Below, piece by piece: positions 1 to 15,000 of a stretch of DNA of 64,000 nt (positions are counted from its first letter, which is position 1; each line of letters starts with the position of its first letter). This DNA comes from Lingula anatina. Its lineage: Eukaryota; Animalia; Brachiopoda. Where the stretch lies: positions 23,874,848-23,938,847 of the forward strand of contig CM120643.1 in assembly GCA_051362555.1 (NCBI GenBank), read 5' to 3'. Both the position numbers and the translations under genes were made by a program. The notes under the pieces were generated by a model. The model searched no databases, was not told the DNA's origin, and worked only from the letters and a program-made list of their open reading frames with translations.

Positions 1-3000
1 TGACATCATCAGCAGGTGACACGTCTATAGTAACAACTGAAGAAACATCTACAATAGAACCCAGTGTTACGGAGATAGCTACTGCATCAACCAGTGAAGA
101 CTCAACATTGACATCATCAGCAGGTGACACGTCTATAGTAACAACTGAAGAAACATCTACAGTAGAACCCAGTGTTACGGAGACAGCAACTGCATCATCC
201 AGTGAAGGCTCAACATTGACATCATCTGCAGGTGACACGTCTATAGTAACAACTGAAGAAACATCTACAGTAGAACCCAGTGTTACGGAGACAGCTACTG
301 CATCAACCAGTGAAGACTCAACATTGACATCATTGGCAGGTGACACGTCTGTAGTAACAACTGAAGAAACATCTACAGTAGAACCCAGTGTTACGGAGAC
401 AGCAACTGCATCATCCAGTGAAGACTCAACATTGACATCATCGGCAGGTGACACGTCTATAGTAACAACTGAAGAAACATCTACAGTAGAACCCAGTGTT
501 ACGGAGACAGCAACTGCATCATCCAGTGAAGACTCAACATTGACATCATCAGCAGGTGACACGTCTATAGTAACAACTGAAGAAACATCTACAGTAGAAC
601 CCAGTGTTACGGAGACAGCTACTGCATCAACCAGTGAAGACTCTACATTCACATCATCTGCAGGTGACACGTCTATAGTAACAACTGAAGAAACATCTAC
701 AGTAGAACCCAGTGTTACGGAGACAGCTACTGCATCAACCAGTGAAGACTCAACATTGACATCATCAGCAGGTGACATGTCTATAGTAACAACTGAAGAA
801 ACATCTACAGTAGAACCCAGTGTTATGGAGACAGCAACTGCATCATCCAGTGAAGGCTCAACATTGACATCATCTGCAGGTGACACGTCTATAGTAACAA
901 CTGAAGAAACATCTACAGTAGAACCCAGTGTTACGGAGACAGCTACTGCATCAACCAGTGAAGACTCAACATTGACATCATTGGCAGGTGACACGTCTGT
1001 AGTAACAACTGAAGAAACATCTACAGTAGAACCCAGTGTTACGGAGACAGCAACTGCATCATCCAGTGAAGACTCAACATTGACATCATCGGCAGGTGAC
1101 ACGTCTATAGTAACAACTGAAGAAACATCTACAGTAGAACCCAGTGTTACGGAGACAGCTACTGCATCATCCAGTGAAGACTCAACATTCACATCATCTG
1201 CAGGTGACACGTCTATAGTAACAACTAAAGAAACATCTACAATAGAACCCAGTGTTACGGAGACAGCTACTGCATCAACCAGTGAAGACTCAACATTGAC
1301 ATCATTAGCAAGTGACACGTCTATAGTAACAACTGAAGAAACATCTACAGTAGAACCCAGTGTTACGGAGACAGCTACTGCATCAACCAGTGAAGACTCT
1401 ACATTCACATCATCTGCAGGTGACACGTCTATAGTAACAACTGAAGAAACATCTACAGTAGAACCCAGTGTTACGGAGACAGCTACTGCATCAACCAGTG
1501 AAGACTCTACATTCACATCATCTGCAGGTGACACGTCTATAGTAACAACTGAAGAAACATCTACAGTAGAACCCAGTGTTACGGAGACAGCTACTGCATC
1601 AACCAGTGAAGACTCAACATTGACATCATCAGCAGGTGACACGTCTGTAGTAACAACTGAAGAAACATCTACAATAGAACCCAGTGTTACGGAGACAGCA
1701 ACTGCATCATCCAGTGAAGACTCAACATTGACATCATCAGCAGGTGACACGTCTATAATAACAACTGAAGAAACATCTACAGTAGAACCCAGTGTTACGG
1801 AGACAGCAACTGCATCATCTAGTGAAGACTCAACATTGACATCATCAGCAGTTGACACATCTATAGTAACACCTGGAGAAACATCTACATTAGACTCCAG
1901 TGTTACGGAGACAGCAACTGCATCATCCAGTGAAGACTCAACATTCACATCATCTGCAGGTGACACGTCTATAGTAACAACTGAAGAAACATCTACAGTA
2001 GAACCCAGTGTTACTGAGACAGCTACTGCATCATCCAGTGAAGACTCAACATTGACATCATCAGCAGGTGACACGTCTATAGTAACAACTGAAGAAACAT
2101 CTACAGTAGAACCCAGTGTTACGGAGACAGCAACTGCATCATCCAGTGAAGGCTCAACATTGACATCATCTGCAGGTGACACGTCTGTAGTAACAACTGA
2201 AGTAACATCTACAGTAGTACCCAGTGTTACGGAGACAGCTACTGCATCAACCAGTGAAGACTCAACATTGACATCATTGGCAGGTGACACGTCTGTAGTA
2301 ACAACTGAAGTAACATCTACAGTAGTACCCAGTGTTACGGAGATAGCTACTGCATCAACCAGTGAAGACTCAACATTGACATCATTGGCAGGTGACACGT
2401 CTGTAGTAACAACTGAAGTAACATCTACAGTAGTAACCAGTGTTACGGAGACAGCTACTGCATCATCCAGTGAAGACTCAACATTGACATCATCAGCAGG
2501 TGACACGTCTATTGTAACAACTGAAGAAACATCTACAGTAGAACCCAGTGTTACGGAGACAGCAACTGCATCATCCAGTGAAGGCTCAACATTGACATCA
2601 TCTGCAGGTGACACGTCTATAGTAACAACTGAACAAACATCTACAGTAGAACCCAGTGTTACGGAGACAGCTACTGCATCAACCAGTGAAGACTCAACAT
2701 TGACATCATTGGCAGGTGACACGTCTTTAGTAACAACTGAAGTAACATCTACAGTAGTACCCAGTGTTACGGAGACAGCTACTGCATCAACCAGTGAAGA
2801 CTCAACATTGACATCATTGGCAGGTGACACGTCTGTAGTAACAACTGAAGTAACATCTACAGTAGTACCCAGTGTTACGGAGATAGCTACTGCATCAACC
2901 AGTGAAGACTCAACATTGACATCATTGGCAGGTGACACGTCTGTAGTAACAACTGAAGTAAAATCTACAGTAGTAACCAGTGTTACGGAGACAGCTACTG

Positions 3001-6000
3001 CATCATCCAGTGAAGACTCAACATTGACATCATCTGTAGGTGACACGTCTATAGTAACAACTGAAGAAACATCTACGGTAGAACCCAGTGTTACGGAGAC
3101 AGCTACTGCATCATCCAGTGAAGACTCAACATTGACATCATCAGCAGGTGACACGTCTATAGTAACAACTGAAGAAACATCTACAGTAGAACCCAGTGTT
3201 ACGGAGACAGCTACGGCATCAACCAGTGAAGACTCAACATTGACATCATTGGCAGGTGACACGTCTGTAGTAACAACTGAAGAAACATCTACAGTAGAAC
3301 CCAGTGTTACGGAGACAGCAACTGCATCATCCAGTGAAGACTCAACATTGACATCATCGGCAGGTGACACGTCTGTAGTAACAACTGAAGAAACATCTAC
3401 AGTAGAACCCAGTGTTACGGAGACAGCAACTGCATCATCCAGTGAAGACTCAACATTCACATCATCTGCAGGTGACACGTCTATAGTAACAACTGAAGAA
3501 ACATCTACAGTAGAACCCAGTGTTACGGAGACAGCTACTGCATCATCCAGTGAAGACTCAACATTGACATCATTAGCAGGTGACACGTCTATAGTAACAA
3601 CTGAAGAAACATCTACAGTAGAACCCAGTGTTACGGAGACAGCTACTGCATCAACCAGTGAAGACTCAACATTCATATCATCTGCAGGTGACACGTCTAT
3701 ACTAATAACTGAAGAAACATCTACAGTAGAACCCAGTGTTACGGAGACAGCTACTGCATCATCCAGTGAAGACTCAACATTGACATCATCAGCAGGTGAC
3801 ACGTCTATAGTAACAACTGAAGAAACATCTACAGTAGAACCCAGTGTTACGGAGACAGCTACTGCATCATCCAGTGAAGACTCAACATTGATATCATCAG
3901 CAGGTGACACGTCTATAGTAACAACTGAAGAAACATCTACAGTAGAACCCAGTGTTACGGAGACAGCAACTGCATCATCCAGTGAAGACTCAACATTGAC
4001 ATCATCGGCAGGTGACACGTCTATAGTAACAACTGAAGAAACATCTACAGTAGAACCCAGTGTTACGGAGACAGCAACTGCATCAACCAGTGAAGACTCA
4101 ACATTGACATCATCAGCAGGTGACACGTCTATAGTAACAACTGAAGAAACATCTACAGTAGAACCCAGTGTTACGGAGACAGCTACTGCATCAACCGGTG
4201 AAGACTCAACATTGACATCATTGGCAGGTGACACGTCTGTAGTAACAACTGAAGTAACATCTACAGTAGTACCCAGTGTTACGGAGACAGCTACTGCATC
4301 AACCAGTGAAGACTCAACATTGACATCATTGGCAGGTGACACGTCTGTAGTAACAACTGAAGTAACATCTACAGTAGTACCCAGTGTTACGGAGATAGCT
4401 ACTGCATCAACCAGTGAAGACTCAACATTGACATCATTGGCAGGTGACACGTCTGTAGTAACAACTGAAGTAACATCTACAGTAGTAACCAGTGTTACGG
4501 AGACAGCTACTGCATCATCCAGTGAAGACTCAACATTGACATCATCTGTAGGTGACACGTCTATAGTAACAACTGAAGAAACATCTACGGTAGAACCCAG
4601 TGTTACGGAGACAGCTACTGCATCAACCAGTGAAGACTCAACATTGACATCATCGGCAGGTGACACGTCTATAGTAACAACTGAAGAAACATCTACAGTA
4701 GAACCCAGTGTTACGGAGACAGCAACTGCATCATCCAGCGAAGACTCAACATTGGCATCATCTGCATCAACCAGTGAAGACTCAACATTGACATCATCTG
4801 CAGGTGACACGTCTATAGTAACAACTGAAGAAACATCTACAGTAGAACCCAGTGTTATGGAGACAGCTACTGCATCAACCAGTGAAGACTCAACGTTGAC
4901 ATCATCTGCAGGTGACACGTCTATAGTAACAACTGAAGAAACATCTACAGTAGAACCCAGTGTTACGGAGACAGCTACTGCATCATCCAGTGAAGACTCA
5001 ACATTGACATCATTGGCAGGTGACACGTCTGTAGTAACAACTGAAGAAACATCTACAGTAGAACCCAGTGTTACGGAGACAGCAACTGCATCATCCAGTG
5101 AAGACTCAACATTGACATCATCGGCAGGTGACACGTCTATAGTAACAACTGAAGAAACATCTACAGTAGAACCCAGTGTTACGGAGACAGCAACTGCATC
5201 ATCCAGTGAAGACTCAACATTGATATCATCAGCAGGTGACACGTCTATAGTAACAACTGAAGAATCATCTACAGTAGAACCCAGTGTTAAGGAGACAGCA
5301 ACTGCATCATCCAGTGAAGGCTCAACATTGACATCATCTGCAGGTGACACGTCTATAGTAACAACTGAAGAAACATCTACAGTAGAACCCAGTGTTACGG
5401 AGACAGCTACTGCATCAACCAGTGAAGACTCAACATTGACATCATTGGCAGGTGACACGTCTGTAGTAACAACTGAAGAAACATCTACAGTAGAACCCAG
5501 TGTTACGGAGACAGCAACTGCATCATCCAGTGAAGACTCAACATTGACATCATCGGCAGGTGACACGTCTGTAGTAACAACTGAAGAAACATCTACAGTA
5601 GAACCCAGTGTTACGGAGACAGCAACTGCATCATCCAGTGAAGACTCAACATTCACATCATCTGCAGGTGACACGTCTATAGTAACAACTGAAGAAACAT
5701 CTACAGTAGAACCCAGTGTTACGGAGACAGCTACTGCATCATCCAGTGAAGACTCAACATTCATATCATCTGCAGGTGACACGTCTATACTAATAACTGA
5801 AGAAACATCTACAGTAGAACCCAGTGTTACGGAGACAGCTACTACATCATCCAGTGAAGACTCAACATTGACATCATCAGCAGGTGACACGTCTATAGTA
5901 ACAACTGAAGAAAAATCTACAATAGAACCCAGTGTTACGGAGATAGCTACTGCATCAACCAGTGAAGACTCAACATTGACATCATCAGCAGGTGACACGT

Positions 6001-9000
6001 CTATAGTAACAACTGAAGAAACATCTACAGTAGAACCCAGTGTTACGGAGACAGCTACTGCATCAACAGGTGAAGACTCAACATTGACATCATTGGCAGG
6101 TGACACGTCTGTAGTAACAACTGAAGTAACATCTACAGTAGTACCCAGTGTTACGGAGACAGCTACTGCATCAACCAGTGAAGACTCAACATTGACATCA
6201 TTGGCAGGTGACACGTCTGTAGTAACAACTGAAGTAACATCTACAGTAGTACCCAGTGTTACGGAGATAGCTACTGCATCAACCAGTGAAGACTCAACAT
6301 TGACATCATTGGCAGGTGACACGTCTGTAGTAACAACTGAAGTAACATCTACAGTAGTAACCAGTGTTACAGAGACAGCTACTGCATCATCCAGTGAAGA
6401 CTCAACATTGACATCATCTGTAGGTGACACGTCTATAGTAACAACTGAAGAAACATCTACGGTAGAACCCAGTGTTACGGAGACAGCTACTGCATCAACC
6501 AGTGAAGACTCAACATTGACATCATCGGCAGGTGACACGTCTATAGTAACAACTGAAGAAACATCTACAGTAGAACCCAGTGTTACGGAGACAGCAACTG
6601 CATCATCCAGCGAAGACTCAACATTGGCATCATCTGCATCAACCAGTGAAGACTCAACATTGACATCATCTGCAGGTGACACGTCTATAGTAACAACTGA
6701 AGAAACATCTACAGTAGAACCCAGTGTTACGGAGACAGCTACTGCATCAACCAGTGAAGACTCAACATTGACATCATTGGCAGGTGACACGTCTGTAGTA
6801 ACAACTGAAGAAACATCTACAGTAGAACCCAGTGTTACGGAGACAGCAACTGCATCATCCAGTGAAGACTCAACATTGACATCATCGGCAGGTGACACGT
6901 CTATAGTAACAACTGAAGAAACATCTACAGTAGAACCCAGTGTTACGGAGACAGCTACTGCATCATCCAGTGAAGACTCAACATTGACATCATCGGCAGG
7001 TGACACGTCTATAGTAACAACTGAAGAAACATCTACAGTAGAACCCAGTGTTACGGAGACAGCAACTGCATCATCCAGTGAAGACTCAACATTGACATCA
7101 TCAGCAGGTGACACGTCTATAGTAACAACTGAAGAAACATCTACAGTAGAACCCAGTGTTACGGAGACAGCTACTGCATCAACCAGTGAAGACTCTACAT
7201 TCACATCATCTGCAGGTGACACGTCTATAGTAACAACTGAAGAAACATCTACAGTAGAACCCAGTGTTACGGAGACAGCTACTGCATCAACCAGTGAAGA
7301 CTCAACATTGACATCATCAGCAGGTGACATGTCTATAGTAACAACTGAAGAAACATCTACAGTAGAACCCAGTGTTATGGAGACAGCAACTGCATCATCC
7401 AGTGAAGGCTCAACATTGACATCATCTGCAGGTGACACGTCTATAGTAACAACTGAAGAAACATCTACAGTAGAACCCAGTGTTACGGAGACAGCTACTG
7501 CATCAACCAGTGAAGACTCAACATTGACATCATGGGCAGGTGACACGTCTGTAGTAACAACTGAAGAAACATCTACAGTAGAACCCAGTGTTACGGAGAC
7601 AGCAACTGCATCATCCAGTGAAGACTCAACATTGACATCATCGGCAGGTGACACGTCTGTAGTAACAACTGAAGAAACATCTACAGTAGAACCTAGTGTT
7701 ACGGAGACAGCAACTGCATCATCCAGTGAAGACTCAACATTGACATCATCTGCAGGTGACACGTCTATAGTAACAACTGCAGAAACATCTACATTAGACT
7801 CTAGTGTTACGGAGACATCTACTGCATCAACCAGTGAAGACTCAACATTGACATCATCAGCAGATGACACGTCTATAGTAACAACTGAAGAAACATCTAC
7901 AGTAGAACCCAATGTTACGGAGACAGCAACTGCATCATCCAGTGAAGACTCAACATTGACATCATCAGCAGGTGACACGTCTATAGTAACAACTGAAGAA
8001 ACATCTACAGTAGAACCCAGTGTTACGGAGACAGCAACTGCATCATCCAGTGAAGACTCAACATTGACATCATCTGCAGGTGACACGTCTATAGTAAGAA
8101 CTGAAGAAACATCTACAGTAGAACCCAGTGTTACGGAGACAGCTACTGCATCAACCAGTGAAGACTCTACATTCACATCATCTGCAGGTGACACGTCTAT
8201 AGTAACAACTGAAGAAACATCTACAGTAGAACCCAGTGTTACGGAGACAGCTACTGCATCAACCAGTGAAGACTCAACATTGACATCATCAGCAGGTGAC
8301 ACGTCTGTAGTAACAACTGAAGAAACATCTACAGTAGAACCCAGTGTTACGGAGACAGCACCTGCATCATCCAGTGAAGACTCAACATTGACATCATCTG
8401 CAGGTGACACGTCTATAGTAACAACTGAAGAAACATCTACAGTAGAACCCAGTGTTACGGAGACAGCAACTGCATCATCCAGTGAAGGCTCAACATTGAC
8501 ATCATCTGCAGGTGACACGTCTATAGAAACAACTGAAGAAACATCTACAGTAGAACCCAGTGTTACGGAGACAGCTACTGCATCAACCAGTGAAGACTCA
8601 ACATTGACATCATCTGCAGGTGACACATCTATAGTAACAACTGAAGAAACATCTACAGTAGAACCCAGTGTTACGGAGACAGCTACTGCATTATCCAGTG
8701 AAGACTCAACATTGACATCATCAGCAGGTGACACGTCTATAGTAACAACTGCAGAAACATCTACAGTAGAACCCAGTGTTACGGAGACAGCAACTGCATC
8801 ATCCAGTGAAGACTCAACATTGACATCATCAGCAGGTGACACGTCTATAGTAACAACTGCAGAAATATCTACAGTAGAACCCAGTGTTACGGAGACAGCT
8901 ACTGCATCAACTAGTGAAGACTCAACATTGACATCATCAGCAGGTGACACGTCTATAGTAACAACTGAAGAAACAGCTACAATAGAACCCAGTGTTACGG

Positions 9001-12000
9001 AGATAGCTACTGCATCAACCAGTGAAGCCTCAACATTGACATCATCAGCAGGTGACACGTCTATAGTAACAACTGAAGAAACATCTACAGTAGAACCCAG
9101 TGTTACTGAGACAGCAACTGCATCATCCAGTGAAGGCTCAACATTGACATCATCTGCAGGTGACACGTCTATAGTAACAACTGAAGAAACATCTACAGTA
9201 GAACCCAGTGTTACGGAGACAACTACTGCATCAACCAGTGAAGACTCTACATTCACATCATCTGCAGGTGACACGTCTATAGTAACAACTGAAGAAACAT
9301 CTACAGTAGAACCCAGTGTTACGGAGACAGCTACTGCATCAACCAGTGAAGACTCAACATTGACATCATCAGCAGGTGACACGTCTGTAGTAACAACTGA
9401 AGAAACATCTACAGTAGAACCCAGTGTTACGGAGACAGCAACTGCATCATCCAGTGAAGACTCAACATTGACATCATCTGCAGGTGACACGTCTATAGTA
9501 ACAACTGAAGAAACATCTACAGTAGAACCCAGTGTTACGGAGACAGCAACTGCATCATCCAGTGAAGGCTCAACATTGACATCATCTGTAGGTGACACAT
9601 CTATAGTAACAACTGCAGAAATATCTACAGTAGAACCCAGTGTTACGGAGACAGCTACTGCATCAACTAGTGAAGACTCAACATTGACATCATTGGCAGG
9701 TGACACGTCTATAGTAACAACTGAAGAAACATCTACAGTAGAACTCAGTGTTACGGAGACAGCAACTGCATCATCCAGTGAAGACTCAACATTCACATCA
9801 TCTGCAGGTGACACGTCTATAGTAACAACTGAAGAAACAGCTACAATAGAACCCAGTGTTACGGAGATAGCTACTGCATCAACCAGTGAAGCCTCAACAT
9901 TGACATCATCAGCAGGTGACACGTCTATAGTAACAACTGAAGAAACATCTACAGTAGAACCCAGTGTTACGGAGACAGCAACTGCATCATCCAGTGAAGA
10001 CTCAACATTGACATCATCAGCAGGTGACACGTCTATAGTAACAACTGAAGAAACATCTACAGTAGAACCCAGTGTTACTGAGACAGCAACTGCATCATCC
10101 AGTGAAGGCTCAACATTGACATCATCTGCAGGTGACACGTCTATAGTAACAACTGAAGAAACATCTACAGTAGAACCCAGTGTTACGGAGACAGCTACTG
10201 CATCAAGCAGTGAAGACTCAACATTGACATCATTGGCAGGTGACACGTCTGTAGTAACAACTGAAGAAACATCTACAGTAGAACCCAGTGTTACGGAGAC
10301 AGCTACTGCATCAAGCATTGAAGACTCAACATTGACATCATTGGCAAGTGACACGTCTGTAGTAACAACTGAAGAAACATCTACAGTAGTACCCAGTGTT
10401 ACGGAGACAGCAACTGCATCATCCAGTGAAGACTCAACATTGACATCATCAGCAGGTGACACGCCTATAGTAACAACTGAAGAAACATCTACAGTAGAAC
10501 CCAGTGTTACGGAGACAGCTACTGCATCAACCAGTGAAGACTCAACATTGACATCATCGGCAGGTGACACGTCTATAGTAACAACTGAAGAAACATCTAC
10601 AGTAGAACCCAGTGTTACGGAGACAGCTACTGCATCAACCAGTGAAGACTCAACATTGACATCATCAGCAGGTGACACTTCTATAGTAACAACTGAAGAA
10701 ACATCTACAGTAGAATCCAGTGTTATGGAGACAGCTACTGCATCAACCAGTGAAGACTCAACATTGACATCATCTGCAGGTGACACGTCTATAGTAACAA
10801 CTGAAGAAACATCTACAGTAGAACCCAGTGTTACGGAGACAGCAACTGCATCAACCAGTGAAGACTCAACATTGACATCATTGGCAGGTGCCACGTCTGT
10901 AGTAACAACTGAAGAAACATCTACAGTAGAACCCAGTGTTACGGAGATAGCTACAGCATCATCCAGTGAAGACTCAACATTGACATCATTAGCAAGTGAC
11001 ACGTCTATAGTAACAACTGCAGAAACATCTACAGTAGAACCCAGTGTTACGGAGACAGCTACTGCATCAACCAGTGAAGACTCAACATTGACATCATCGA
11101 CAGGTGACACGTCTATAGTAACAACTGAAGAAACATCTACAGTAGAACCCAGTGTTACGGAGACAGCTACTGCATCATCCAGTGAAGACTCAACATTGAC
11201 ATCATTGGCAGGTGACACGTCTATAGTAACAACTGAAGAAACATCTACAGTAGAACCCAGTGTTACGGAGACAGCTACTGCATCATCCAGTGAAGACTCA
11301 ACATTCACATCATCTGCAGGTGACACGTCTATAGTAACAACTCAAGAAACATCTACAGTAGAACCCAGTGTTACGGAGACAGCTACTGCATCAACCAGTG
11401 AAGACTCAACATTGACATCATCAGCAGGTGCCACGTCTGTAGTAACAACTGAAGAAACATCTACAGTAGAACCCAGTGTTACGGAGATAGCTACAGCATC
11501 ATCCAGTGAAGACTCAACATTGACATCATTAGCAAGTGACACGTCTATAGTAACAACTGCAGAAACATCTACAGTAGAACCCAGTGTTACGGAGACAGCT
11601 ACTGCATCAACCAGTGAAGACTCAACATTGACATCATCAGCAGGTGACACGTCTATAGTAACAACTGAAGAAACATCTACAGTAGAACCCAGTGTTACGG
11701 AGACAGCTACTGCATCATCCAGTGAAGACTCAACATTGACATCATCGGCAGGTGACACGTCTATAGTAACAACTGAAGTAACATCTACAGTAGTAACCAG
11801 TGTTACGGAGACAGCTACTGCATCATCCAGTGAAGACTCAACATTGACATCATCGGCAGGTGACACGTCTATAGTAACAACTGAAGAAACATCTACAGTA
11901 GAACCCAGTGTTACGGAGACAGCTACTGCATCATCCAGTGAAGACTCAACATTGACATCATCAGCAGGTGACACGTCTATAGTAACAACTGAAGAAACAT

Positions 12001-15000
12001 CTACAGTAGAACCCAGTGTTACGGAGACAGCAACTGCATCATCCAGTGAAGACTCAACATTCACATCATCTGCAGGTGACACGTCTATAGTAACAACTGA
12101 AGAAACATCTACAGTAGAACCCAGTGTTACGGAGACAGCTACTGCATCATCCAGTGAAGACTCAACATTGACATCATCAGCAGGTGACACGTCTATAGTA
12201 ACAACTGAAGAAACATCTACAGTAGAACCCAGTGTTACGGAGACAGCTACTGCATCAACCAGTGAAGACTCAACATTGACATCATCAGCAGGTGACACGT
12301 CTGTAGTAACAACTGAAGAAACATCTACAATAGAACCCAGTGTTACGGAGACAGCAACTGCATCATCCAGTGAAGACTCAACATTGATATCATCAGCAGG
12401 TGACACGTCTATAGTAACAACTGAAGAAACATCTACAATAGAACCCAGTGTTACGGAGATAGCTACTGCATCAACCAGTGAAGACTCAACATTGACATCA
12501 TCAGCAGGTGACACGTCTATAGTAACAACTGAAGAAACATCTACAGTAGAACCCAGTGTTACGGAGACAGCAACTGCATCATCCAGTGAAGGCTCAACAT
12601 TGACATCATCTGCAGGTGACACGTCTATAGTAACAACTGAAGAAACATCTACAGTAGAACCCAGTGTTACGGAGACAGCTACTGCATCAACCAGTGAAGA
12701 CTCAACATTGACATCATTGGTAGGTGACACGTCTGTAGTAACAACTGAAGAAACATCTACAGTAGAACCCAGTGTTACGGAGACAGCAACTGCATCATCC
12801 AGTGAAGACTCAACATTGACATCATCGGCAGGTGACACGTCTATAGTAACAACTGAAGAAACATCTACAGTAGAACCCAGTGTTACGGAGACAGCTACTG
12901 CATTATCCAGTGAAGACTCAACATTGACATCATCGGCAGGTGACACGTCTATAGTAACAACTGAAGAAACATCTACAGTAGAACCCAGTGTTACGGAGAC
13001 AGCAACTGCATCATCCAGCGAAGACTCAACATTGGCATCATCTGCATCAACCAGTGAAGACTCAACATTGACATCATCTGCAGGTGACACGTCTATAGTA
13101 ACAACTGAAGAAACATCTACAGTAGAACCCAGTGTTACGGAGACAGCTACTGCATCAACCAGTGAAGACTCAACATTGACATCATTGGCAGGTGACACGT
13201 CTGTAGTAACAACTGAAGAAACATCTACAGTAGAACCCAGTGTTACGGAGACAGCAACTGCATCATCCAGTGAAGACTCAACATTGACATCATCGGCAGG
13301 TGACACGTCTATAGTAACAACTGAAGAAACATCTACAGTAGAACCCAGTGTTACGGAGACAGCAACTGCATCATCCAGTGAAGACTCAACATTGACATCA
13401 TCGGCAGGTGACACGTCTATAGTAACAACTGAAGAAACATCTACAGTAGAACCCAGTGTTACGGAGACAGCAACTGCATCATCCAGTGAAGACTCAACAT
13501 TGACATCATCAGCAGGTGACACGTCTATAGTAACAACTGAAGAAACATCTACAGTAGAACCCAGTGTTACGGAGACAGCTACTGCATCAACCAGTGAAGA
13601 CTTTACATTCACATCATCTGCAGGTGACACGTCTATAGTAACAACTGAAGAAACATCTACAGTAGAACCCAGTGTTACGGAGACAGCTACTGCATCAACC
13701 AGTGAAGACTCAACATTGACATCATCAGCAGGTGACATGTCTATAGTAACAACTGAAGAAACATCTACAGTAGAACCCAGTGTTATGGAGACAGCAACTG
13801 CATCATCCAGTGAAGGCTCAACATTGACATCATCTGCAGGTGACACGTCTATAGTAACAACTGAAGAAACATCTACAGTAGAACCCAGTGTTACGGAGAC
13901 AGCTACTGCATCAACCAGTGAAGACTCAACATTGACATCATGGGCAGGTGACACGTCTGTAGTAACAACTGAAGAAACATCTACAGTAGAACCCAGTGTT
14001 ACGGAGACAGCAACTGCATCATCCAGTGAAGACTCAACATTGACATCATCGGCAGGTGACACGTCTGTAGTAACAACTGAAGAAACATCTACAGTAGAAC
14101 CTAGTGTTACGGAGACAGCAACTGCATCATCCAGTGAAGACTCAACATTGACATCATCTGCAGGTGACACGTCTATAGTAACAACTGCAGAAACATCTAC
14201 ATTAGACTCTAGTGTTACGGAGACATCTACTGCATCAACCAGTGAAGACTCAACATTGACATCATCAGCAGATGACACGTCTATAGTAACAACTGAAGAA
14301 ACATCTACAGTAGAACCCAATGTTACGGAGACAGCAACTGCATCATCCAGTGAAGACTCAACATTGACATCATCAGCAGGTGACACGTCTATAGTAACAA
14401 CTGAAGAAACATCTACAGTAGAACCCAGTGTTACGGAGACAGCAACTGCATCATCCAGTGAAGACTCAACATTGACATCATCTGCAGGTGACACGTCTAT
14501 AGTAAGAACTGAAGAAACATCTACAGTAGAACCCAGTGTTACGGAGACAGCTACTGCATCAACCAGTGAAGACTCTACATTCACATCATCTGCAGGTGAC
14601 ACGTCTATAGTAACAACTGAAGAAACATCTACAGTAGAACCCAGTGTTACGGAGACAGCTACTGCATCAACCAGTGAAGACTCAACATTGACATCATCAG
14701 CAGGTGACACGTCTGTAGTAACAACTGAAGAAACATCTACAGTAGAACCCAGTGTTACGGAGACAGCACCTGCATCATCCAGTGAAGACTCAACATTGAC
14801 ATCATCTGCAGGTGACACGTCTATAGTAACAACTGAAGAAACATCTACAGTAGAACCCAGTGTTACGGAGACAGCAACTGCATCATCCAGTGAAGGCTCA
14901 ACATTGACATCATCTGCAGGTGACACGTCTATAGAAACAACTGAAGAAACATCTACAGTAGAACCCAGTGTTACGGAGACAGCTACTGCATCAACCAGTG

